DNA from: Azolla caroliniana
Lineage: Eukaryota; Plantae; Polypodiophyta
Reading direction: 5' to 3'
DNA length: 18,333 nucleotides
Assembly: GCA_043228905.1 (NCBI GenBank)
Contig: JBHGNT010000656.1
Coordinates: 1-18,333 of the forward strand
The notes under the pieces are model-generated. The model did no database searches. It was not told where the DNA came from and worked only from the letters and a program-made list of their open reading frames with translations. The position numbers were made by a program, and so were the translations under genes. Positions 1 to 9,000 of this stretch are shown here, piece after piece; within the stretch, counting starts at the first letter, position 1; the number at the start of each line of letters is the position of its first letter.

Positions 1-93
1 ACCAAATGCACCTAAGATCATGGGCATGGTTTCCATAACTTTTTAATGCATAAAATATTGGAGTAGATTTTGATAACTCATTGAAGTTCTCAC

Positions 94-259
94 CTTTGCA
101 GCAACTGTGATTGTTCCCAATGAGCACTTTCGTACTACAGAACCAGATGCACCAGACCCAATCTCATCAAGAAGCAATGGCATGAGTTTCTCACTTTGAG
201 CCACTTCTAAATTCTCATTCTCCCCAAGAGGCAAAAGAAATCGTCGAAAAGGAATATAT
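94..259 (-). CDS. Coding exon 7 (start of protein kinase domain); gene continues beyond window start
   Basis: Acceptor TTTTAG|A at 260; YIPFRR...DEIGSGASGSVVRKCSLGTITVAAK (GxGxxG loop and VAxK lysine); donor AAG|GTGAGA at 93. Confidence 0.88.
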
Positions 260-617
260 CTAAAATCAAAGAAAATTAAGGAATTAATAGCAATCTAAAA
301 AAAATCTGGAGTATTCAAAAACACTAGTAGAAAACATGGCATGATTGAGAGTCCTTAACAATTGAATGATATAGTAAATAAGTTCTCTATAGCAGTGTCA
401 AGCAACAATTCTCCATATGATGACTTATTCATATACACAGAATAGACTTGGGATCTCAACTTCAGGGTGAGAAAATCTCCACTACATTCATTCCATGTAG
501 GAGACACATATCAAGAACACATGTATACTCTGGTTCCATAGATCAAATTTGGCCTCTTTATGGACGATAAAAAATACTAATTCTAATTCCATGGTCATTT
601 CATCCTTAGTCTTTTAC

Positions 618-1184
618 TAGCAATCGGCAATGCTTCAGTTTGAACCAAACCAAACCACAAAACCACAGCTTAATGAGTTAGCTTTTTAAATGGTTCAGTT
701 CGGTTTGGTTCAAGTTCAAGTTTTGTAAACGGTTCGGGGTGTCAATGGTTAGTTCATTCAGTTAGAGCCTTTATCAGCTTTATCATTTCTGGTTTAAATG
801 GTTTGAAATCGTGGTTTAAACGGTTTAACAGCTTAGGTTTTAGGGTGATTATTTTTTTGAACGGCCTTTTAGTTTTTAACCCTAATTCTAACATTTTAGG
901 AAAAATCTTTACAATTTTGAAAAAAGAAATTAAAATATCGACAATTTTAAAACTAAATTTTGAAATTTGAGTTTTGACCTAACTTTGAAACCAAAACCGA
1001 ACCATGAAACCACAGTTCTAAGAATTTAAAAAGTTCTAAAACTATTTGGTTTGAATATGGATTCTTTGTAACGATTTGGTTTACACAGTTTCGTGGTTCA
1101 GTCGCTCAGGTTTTAAGTTTCAAATTTCATAAACAGTTTTGAGTTTGACACTCTCAAACAATACCAAACCATTGCCAATTGTTA
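618..1184. mobile_element. Non-autonomous hAT-type DNA transposon (MITE), 567 bp, in intron 6
   Basis: Perfect 8-bp TSD TCTTTTAC (610-617 and 1185-1192). Imperfect ~22-bp TIRs: TAGCAATCGGCAATGCTTCAGT vs reverse complement of right end TAACAATTGGCAATGGTTTGGT. Many subterminal AAACC/GGTTT/CGGTT motifs; no transposase ORF. Confidence 0.85.
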
Positions 1185-2178
1185 TCTTTTACTTGCAAAA
1201 ATCTAACGCAGTCCTAGATCACTCAAGGAGAGAAAGAAAAGAGGCTAAGCTTAGGATTAACATTTTCCTCTGCAATGTAATGTGGCTCTTGCTTCAGCAA
1301 TCTACAAATGGGAAGCACAGAAGTTCATCACAACGGCATCCAAGGCCCAGAACCAGACACATCAATGTTTAAGCCAAAAAAAGAGTTGATTAGATATGAC
1401 AAATTAGTAAGTTCCTCATAGAGGGAGACCTTATAAATGGCAGGGTAGACAAATACCACAAATCCATTTGTTTGATATTATTTAGTGATGTTGTGAATAT
1501 CGGCCAGAAAATCCAGATGGAAAGCTATTGCAATGCAATGTAAATTGAAGGTAGCAACAGATGTCATTATTGCACTTAAAAAGTTCATGCAGTTTGCTCC
1601 GTTCTCTTAAGCCACTGTTTACAAAGGAAGATAAAATGGATACTGTAACAAAAGACGTTCAAATTTAATTCTGTTCAAAACAATCTATTGACCTATTCAT
1701 TGGTTGTTACTAAAACATTCATTGAACGATAGTGACTGGGGTTATTTCTATTTGCTACCTAGATATCTGAGTCAGAGTACCATAAGAATTGTGTTCTAGA
1801 TAGAGCACACTATCCAGACATGTGGAAATTCATTATGACCCTGAGTTCTTATAAAGAAGTGTCTTACTCATATCTACACAGTACATCAGAAACTGTGGGA
1901 TGATTTTATAGGATGCAAATAACCCATATAAAGAATGACTGGAATATTTTAACTTGAATCCCATCACCATCCTTAGCCACATAATTTGTTCGACTGCCTC
2001 AAAAAAACGTTAAAAGGAAAAACCAATCTTCATTTGCACCAAAGATGTTTCAGGAGAAAATATAAAAGATCACTCAGATATATCAAATGCAAGCAAAATT
2101 CTGTAACTATATACATCTGATGTAATTTACAATACATAAAAATCAACATAATTCAGAAACACAGACTACTAGACATAC

Positions 2179-2354
2179 CTGCAAAAGTACTCTGAATCAT
2201 TTTCCTCCCGGATATCAAGGGGACGGCAAGCATCTACCAGCATTCGGACTCTTGCATTTTCCTTATTAAGTACAATCACATTCCAAGCATGTGGTGCATA
2301 ATCAAGATATCCACGAACCAATTCGCAAGGTATAGATGTCCTATCACATAGATA
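2179..2354 (-). CDS. Coding exon 6 (EDR1/CTR1-like domain C-part); not in the ORF track
   Basis: Manual translation: YLCDRTSIPCELVRGYLDYAPHAWNVIVLNKENARVRMLVDACRPLDIREENDSEYFCR. Acceptor TAG at 2355, donor AG|GTATGT at 2178; in frame with exons 5 and 7. Confidence 0.9.
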
Positions 2355-3539
2355 CTATTGTAAAACGCAGTTAGTCTCTTCCTCTCTGTTGTCCTCTTAA
2401 TCCCTCCCTCCCTCACTCTGGTGTATGGTCTATGAGAGAGTAGATTTATCATTACTCAGTAGACATCTGTATGATGGTGTTTGGCCAAGGGAACGCTAAA
2501 CATGAATGTATGGAATTGTAATGAACCTTCATTTGAAGATGCATGATACATTGAGGAGACCTTCAGAGACAGACATTGTCGTGTACATAAAAATATATCA
2601 ATGCATGGGCAGCTAACTTCTAAATATACACAGATACAAGTGGGAAAATCTATCCATCCTCAACCACACAAAAGAGGGGCACCATAGCATCCATCCTCAG
2701 AGCATTCAAGGGTTAGACCTGTAGAACCACCTTATTTGGTATTACATGAAGGTGTCATAAGATTCACAACTATACACAAAGTATACTACAAGTAGGAGAA
2801 ATCAACATAATGGGAATGAATAAACAACAATCAACACACAGAATGAAATGAAAAAGCAACAATATTTTGTAGAAAGGCTATATACGGAGAAATTGCAACA
2901 GAAGAGATAGCTGTAAATGGAGTAAAGGCACATCAAAGACAGACGACTCATGATAGTTAACAGCAACCATTTATTGCACAATAGACCCTGTACTGGGTTC
3001 TCTAACCTCAACACTTGAAGTAAGATACCATCTCTGGTAAAGTCATTGCATTGTCAAACCATGCACTTATATGTTTCAGGGTAGAAGATAGATCCTCAGA
3101 GTATTACGGCAAGAAAATGCCAAGAAATACTGGATACCACTTAAATAGAGAGATGGTTGATGACTATATATTACGGCTGTGTGGTATATACTCACATTAA
3201 ACCATACCCATCTCGTCAGGAGATCACATTTTTAACTTTTGAAGGTCAAGACAGCCTATTTTCCACTGTACCATTATCCTAGATAACAAAGCCCTACAGA
3301 CCAAGTTGCTATGATTATGAAGGTCATCGCACACGAACCCATTCATAAGAAGTGTTCTCAGAAGCATGCTCACAGCACATGCACAAATGCAATAGAGATG
3401 GTTTCACGAATATGTATGCTTAAATCCTAGTGGTTTACATTTTTTAGTCTACCTATGATGACAAATGCAAACGATCAATTCCATCAAAGATCGCAATGGT
3501 TTACAAAACCCTTTATTGCATGTTATATATGCATGCACT

Positions 3540-3645
3540 CCGCTTCTGCACATCTTTACAAAGACCGATATAATGCAGCAGTGAAAGCAGTTTTAACCAC
3601 ACTCAGTAGGTCCTTACACCCCGCTTCTGCACATCTTTACAAAGA
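3540..3645. repeat. 25-bp perfect direct repeat CCGCTTCTGCACATCTTTACAAAGA in intron 5
   Basis: Copies at 3540-3564 and 3621-3645 (81-bp period). Confidence 0.85.
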
Positions 3646-4694
3646 TACAATACTGACCCATGCAGCCATTATTGAAGACAGTAGAGCACAAAAGAGTTTC
3701 TTTACCAAGTCCGCATTGCATTGACCATGACCTAGGTCCATTGCCTACAGAAATGCCATGGGTAATTGATGCGCCTTACTCCCAATAGGATCCCCGCTGT
3801 AGTGGTTAGTTCTATTGAGATGAAACAAGCACGCCTGCTCATGATATATCTAATGACGTAGAGAGACTGGGAGTATAGTGTACATCCCTGGCATAAATTT
3901 TATACAAATAAGATATTATGCTAATTTCAGACTCTCCATATGGACTAGAGAGTCAGTTATTCATTTTGTGAAGAGTGATATGTTTGTCGATAAATCTAGC
4001 TTCCTCTAGGTAAAACCAGGGTCATGTTATTTACTATTCAAGGCTACTCGCCTCAAGCATGGATAAACAAATCATATCATTAATTTCTACTCGGAAAAAG
4101 AAAGAAATATATATGAACTTCACTAATGGGCCAAAATAACCTGTCAGACCAAACGAGAATATACAGCTTAAAATGTACCCTCTTCTAAAATACCTAGTCG
4201 ATTGTCAGAAATAGAGCCGATAAAGGAGTAGCTTGAAGGCAGAGTGGAATGATACAGAAGGAGCATCAAGGAGGCTACATTAGGTTAGCAATTGATAAAT
4301 TGAGAAGATTATTTGTGATTTTCAGAACCTTGAATGGCAAGATATATTTCATGATTCCGAGAATACGTTTCGAAGATTTTGGCGGTCCAAATAAATCAAA
4401 CAAGTTTTTATGATGTGTCAAACTGAATACATATTTACGTATATGGGCCATAGCACATATATGCATATTAATTCCTATACATAAATAGAAATACAAGGTA
4501 CATTTAACATACACAAGGAGACATACATTGCAGATTATTTATGTAAGTACTTAGGTTATCTTCATTAATAGAGAGATGAGTCATGACTGAAGGACAATTG
4601 TTTTGGAATCTGGATTTCAACTTATAAATTGCATATGAGAGACTAGAATTCAATAAAAGATGAAATGTGTGTACCACAAGTCTTAGGATAATAC

Positions 4695-5121
4695 CTTGAA
4701 TAAAATGGCACGATGTCGGCACACTCCATATGGAAGAAGCCCAAGTGGTATGACATTTGATTGCCTTTGAATTTTAAGTAGTTTTACAGATGCTTCACAA
4801 AGCATATGAACACTAGGGATGTTATTTTCAATCCTGTTGATATTTTGCCCACTTCTTGATCTGTGCAAAGCACCATTGCTACAAGAGCATAAGAAGGGAA
4901 TGCCTGGTCTACCTCCAAGAACACCCCTACGGGCATGTGAAACATTCAATGTTTTGTCACTTCCACCAAAACAATCCGAAACAAAAAGAGAGAGCATAAC
5001 AGCTTTCTGATATTCTGTCAGTCCAGAATGTCCCCCTTTCCCATGATGCCCAGCTAGATCCAGTCTAGCAAGAAAGTTCTGAGCTGAAAGCGCTATCACA
5101 TCCAAATCCTCATCATGTTCT
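4695..5121 (-). CDS. Coding exon 5 (EDR1/CTR1-like domain)
   Basis: Acceptor CAG|A at 5122; REHDEDLDVIALSAQ...LFVSDCFGGSD...SNVIPLGLLPYGVCRHRAILFK (CRHRA-L-K signature); donor AAG|GTATT at 4694. Confidence 0.92.
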
Positions 5122-5235
5122 CTGTAAAGTGAACAAAATAAGATACAAATTTATTCATGTTTAATGAGCATTCTGGACTAGCAAACTATCAACCTTGAAC
5201 CCAAGGGAAATCTCTATTTACAGTACCACCAATAC

Positions 5236-6043
5236 CTGTCAACTAGAATAACTTCACGAGACTCCAAGATTTCATGTTGGCTTTCCAACGCCTCCAATGT
5301 ACAAAATGGATGTTCTCGGCCAGCATCATAAAAACCATCTTGCAATGGTTCATCCAAACCAATCAAGGACTGAGTTCGATATGCATATGATGCTCCTGAA
5401 TAAGCTTGTACAGACTTCCTCCTTTTCATAGGTTTTGGATTCTCAAAACTACTACCTTTGCGTCTGTTATGTGTTAACCCACTATGAAATCCTAGGTTGG
5501 ACGTGAAGACTTCAACATTTTCCTTCAATAGAATTTCTGCACTTCCAGTGCTCTGTTCTAGGTTATTCCTCTCTCTACTCATAACCTGAGAAGAATTGCA
5601 ATCACCTTTCTCTGTTGGAAGAAGCCCATCACTCTTTGGACTACTAATGCAATTCTCAAAACCTGAATCTGATGTGCTTTCATATTCCTTAGAAACTGAA
5701 TTTTCTATGTCCCCACCCTCAGAAAGCTTTAAATCAGTATCCCTGCTAGGAACCTCCAACTTAGAGTCATTGCTCATTGCAGTTAGAGAGCTTCTCTCCG
5801 TTGTACCAATTTGCCTTGATGCTGTTTCTCTCACCAAAGCACAATCTTTTCCGTCTTTGGTTGAGCTGCTACTAATATCAACCTTTGTTTTCCTACTCAA
5901 ATTCAGCCTATCTTGTCTGGCTTGCAATTGCTGAATCCCATGCCTCTTCCATAAATGTTTCTTTCTGCCATGCCCTGGATTCTTAGGGACATTAGCATCT
6001 TTGGAATAGAGTGTCGCAGGAGTAGGGGATGAAAACTCGTCTC
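5236..6043 (-). CDS. Coding exon 4 (Ser-rich linker, start of EDR1/CTR1-like domain)
   Basis: Acceptor TAG|GA at 6044; contains QQLQARQDRLN and LQDGFYDAGREHPF...SREVILVDR (DGFYD and EVILVDR are EDR1/CTR1 N-domain motifs); donor AG|GTATT at 5235. Confidence 0.9.
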
Positions 6044-6138
6044 CTAAAGAGCATATTAAATTATAATCATACTTATACTCAAGTATATAGGCAAAACAGA
6101 GTATCATACGGAATGCAGCTTTGAAAGAATATACTCAC

Positions 6139-6283
6139 CCTCTTCCGTGGATGGTAGCAAATCAGAATCAATTCCACTGCTTTGGTCACTGGAAGATGCA
6201 GTGTCTTGATATGATGTAGGATTTCCCTCAAAACTGCAGGTAATCCATTCTGGAATCTCACAACTACCTCTAAGTTTATTGAA
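6139..6283 (-). CDS. Coding exon 3 (end of LRR region)
   Basis: Acceptor CAG|TTC at 6284; FNKLRGSCEIPEWITCSFEGN...; donor G|GTGAGT at 6138; phase 1. Confidence 0.88.
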
Positions 6284-6367
6284 CTGCAAGAAAGAAATCA
6301 AGGACCAGTAATCAATAATGTGAGAAAACTATTTAAAACTTAAAAGCCATCATATTTTTGTAAAAAC

Positions 6368-6632
6368 CTTTGCATTTAGAGCCCTTAATGATGTCATAGA
6401 AGACAGTCCCAATGACTCGAGTGAAGTTAATTTGTTGTGAGCGACATCAATTGAACTCAATTTTGGTAGGCAGGCTAAGCCAGACGGAAGCTCAGTCAAC
6501 TTATTGTTTTCAGCTCTCAAATGTCTCAATGATATTAAACTTGAAATTTCACTAGGAAGTGTTTTCAACTTATTGAATGATATATCCAGCTCCTCCAAAT
6601 TCTTTAACCGCCCTATCTCGGGAGGTAGAAAC
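6368..6632 (-). CDS. Coding exon 2 (LRRs)
   Basis: Acceptor TAG|G at 6633; FLPPEIGRLKNLEELDISFNKLKTLPSEISSLISLRHLRAENNKLTELP...; donor AAG|GTTTTT at 6367; frame consistent with exon 1. Confidence 0.9.
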
Positions 6633-6730
6633 CTACACACATATACAATGCTCATTTTTAAGATCCATATCAATATGAAAAAGCATAAAAAATTTCAAAG
6701 AAACGAATGACGTTATATATATTAACTTAC

Positions 6731-7362
6731 GATATTCCAAAGTTGCAAATAGCAAGCCTGGTGAGAAGTTGCAGCTTTGAAATTTCAGGTGGAATGGACA
6801 AAACTGAGGGCCGAAACGGTGTTTGATGAAGCTCAAGTGTCTTTAAAGAGTTCAATTTGCTGAGAGACGGCAAGTTTCCCAGTCCAGAAGTGCAAACCTT
6901 CATTTGTAAATGTTCCAAATGAATAATATTGCTTATCTCATCTGGTAGCAATCTTACTTCATTTGAGAAGATTTTCAAGGTTTTTAAGTTATTTAACCTG
7001 CTTATCGACCTTGGCAATATTGTGAATGTGTTGTCATATACATATAAATCCTTCATATGTGAAACCCTGGAGTTCCCTCCTATGTATGAATTCAACGAAG
7101 ATATAGAATGCCCATTTGGCGAAACATCCACAACCCAATCATCACCCGCATCTTCATCAAGAATGGGATTAGTACCCTCATTTTGATTGCTAGGATTAGA
7201 TTCAGGCTTCTCTTTAAATTCATCCATTTCCTCTTGCACGTCTTCTCTAGAGTGATCATCTTCCCATGACCTATTTTGTTTGATTTCTTTGTTAGCACCA
7301 TTGTCTTCATTCTTTCTCATAAGCGAATCTTTTTTTTGTGATGCACTATTGCTGTCATCCAT
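6731..7362 (-). CDS. Coding exon 1 of LRR-EDR1/CTR1-like-kinase gene (acidic N-terminus, first LRRs)
   Basis: ATG at 7362-7360; MDDSNS...LPRSISRLNNLKTLKIFSNEVRLLPDEISNIIHLEHL (LxxLxL repeats). No signal peptide evident. Donor TC|GTAAGT at 6730; 632 bp, phase 2. Confidence 0.9.
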
Positions 7363-7363
7363 A

Positions 7364-7734
7364 CTGAAGCCGAGCGCATAAATTCAGTAAAAATATGAAA
7401 AACTCACACATTGCAATATAAAGCAGCTCTTGAAATCGTGATGATTTGAATAGATTCAGAATTGTCCACTTGTTTTCCGGTTCAAATCAATCAATCCTTA
7501 AATATGAGTTCTAACTTAAAAGCTACTGATTCAACATTTTCTTTGTTAAAAAACATGAGCTCGGTGCTGTGTTAAATCCACTCTGTCTCGGTGACTTGTT
7601 TTCAATTAAACCCTAAATGTACAAATTAATTTGTCAAAAACCTTATCTCTTAGAAAATTTCTTCAGAGATCCCTGTAAAATAAGAAAGGATGAAACAATA
7701 AGTTAAAAAACGTACGTAAGAAAAGTAGGCGTAC
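7364..7734 (-). other. Putative 5'-UTR intron of the LRR-kinase gene
   Basis: Minus strand: TCTG|GTACGC donor at 7734, T-rich body, and ...GCTTCAG|TATG acceptor 1 nt before the ATG. No transcript evidence. Confidence 0.55.
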
Positions 7735-7791
7735 CAGATCAGAGAGAACATTATCAGGTCAAAAATGAATAAACCTCTCGAGTTTGTTCTT

Positions 7792-7845
7792 TTAGGGTTA
7801 GGGTGAAGGTTAGGGTTAGGGTTAGGGTTAGGGTTAGGGTAAGGG
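7792..7845 (+). repeat. Telomere-like (TTAGGG)n array / telo-box cluster in the gene's probable 5' leader
   Basis: Seven perfect TTAGGG plus TGAAGG and TAAGGG variants; reads (CCCTAA)n on the gene's sense strand. A further AAACCCTAA lies at ~7608. Confidence 0.85.
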
Positions 7846-8109
7846 GTTGCAGAACAGAAGGCTGCACAGAGAAGCTTCTGTTTCACAAGAGTGTTCGAAG
7901 AAATTTTGTAAGTGAAAATTGTTTATGCTTTTGCGTTTGTTTTCTTCTTTTGTTTTGGTTCTCGGACTCCATCCATAGTCGACACATAAATAGACTCCTA
8001 TTTCTCTACAACTACAAAATTGGCCCTTAATTTAGCAAATCTCTTGTGGACCCCACCCTAGGACTTGGTGTCCTCTGGTTGGTGGGTGTGAACAATACAC
8101 ATAGGATTC

Positions 8110-8143
8110 CATATATAATAATATATATAGAGAGAGAGAGAGA
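8110..8143. repeat. Compound (AT)n/(AG)n microsatellite
   Basis: atatataataatatatatagagagagagagaga. Confidence 0.7.
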
Positions 8144-8144
8144 T

Positions 8145-8533
8145 GTCAAAGACACATAGCACCCTCTTCTCTCTCTCTAACCCGCTCGCTTTTCACCTTC
8201 TGCTCGAACCCCCTTACCTTGTCTGTGTTCGGCTCCGCCTAACCCCCTTCATGTCAGTTGTTCTATGCTTTTAAGACACTGTTGCACACTCTTCGTTTAC
8301 CGGAACTTGCCTTCCGTTTTGAACCCTACCTCCTTGATGAACTATACAAATAAAAACCGAGTTATTATCGTCCATGGATATTGAAAGTACGATACATGTA
8401 TATGTTCGTCATAATATTCTCCTTATTTGCCTACATTCGCCTTCAATTTAAACCCTACTTTTTTGTTTGGATTGTTCCAGCCGAATAGTTATTGTAAGTT
8501 CAAGCTAGACATTATGCATTCGGTCTTTGTTTG
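8145..8533. repeat. Left part of degenerate ~129-bp tandem array (interrupted by copia)
   Basis: Core CTTGCCTTC....AACCCTACCT recurs at ~8207, 8322 and 8451; AGACA(C/T)T motif ends each unit. Confidence 0.65.
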
Positions 8534-8928
8534 TGTTGAGAGACAAGCTCAACATCGACCGGTTCGGCTGAAGAAGCCGAGGACTGGATCGGTTGGGACC
8601 AATCGGCTAGGCCGAGTGCGTAAACCGGGAGGTCATTAGGAAAGATATTCCGTAAGGAATATATTTGGGAGTTAGTGTAGGAGCTCTTGATGAGCATTGA
8701 AGTACTGTCAGTACTTCGGTCAGTCCTTCTAGGGCTTGTATAAAAGTGTTCACTGAGCACGTCTTATGTACAGACTGAGTATTATTGTTGAATATAGTTT
8801 TTTGTGTCTTCTCTCTCACTCTCTCTGTCTCTCCCGCGTATACCATGTAAGCTCAAGCTCTCCATTAAACCTGAGTTTCCTTCCTTCTGTTCGGTCTTCA
8901 TACTTGCTTCTGCACGTTGCTTTCTACA
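8534..8928 (+). repeat. 5' LTR of copia element
   Basis: TGTTGAG...TTTCTACA; 8 substitutions vs the 3' LTR by manual alignment; TATAAAA at 8739-8745. Confidence 0.96.
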
Positions 8929-8940
8929 TGGTATCAGAGC
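8929..8940 (+). promoter_or_regulatory. Primer binding site (tRNA-iMet)
   Basis: TGGTATCAGAGC immediately after the 5' LTR, the standard plant initiator-Met PBS. Confidence 0.93.
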
Positions 8941-9000
8941 GTGAGGGTTGAGAACCTCTCTGCATCCGACACAGCTTGGCAAAGAAGAACGAGAAGAACG

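Noticed and set aside
3540-3645. CRISPR-like repeat-spacer-repeat
   Set aside because: Only two repeats, in a eukaryotic intron, with no cas genes or leader.
3456-3656. C/D-box-like motifs (ATGATGA...CTGA) suggesting an intronic snoRNA
   Set aside because: Antisense to the host transcript, no terminal stem or guide identified; such motifs are common by chance.
1139-4722. Short ORFs in introns 5 and 6
   Set aside because: AT-rich, no domains or motifs; exons 5-6-7 already join in frame without them.
7792-7845. True telomere or chromosome fusion site
   Set aside because: Only 54 bp, single orientation, embedded in a gene's upstream region.
7650-8030. ORFs with PNPNPN / VRVRVR runs
   Set aside because: Translations of the TTAGGG array; no coding support.
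8145-8533. 129-bp units as a 43-aa protein repeat
   Set aside because: No frame on either strand stayed open or gave a recognisable repeat motif across units.
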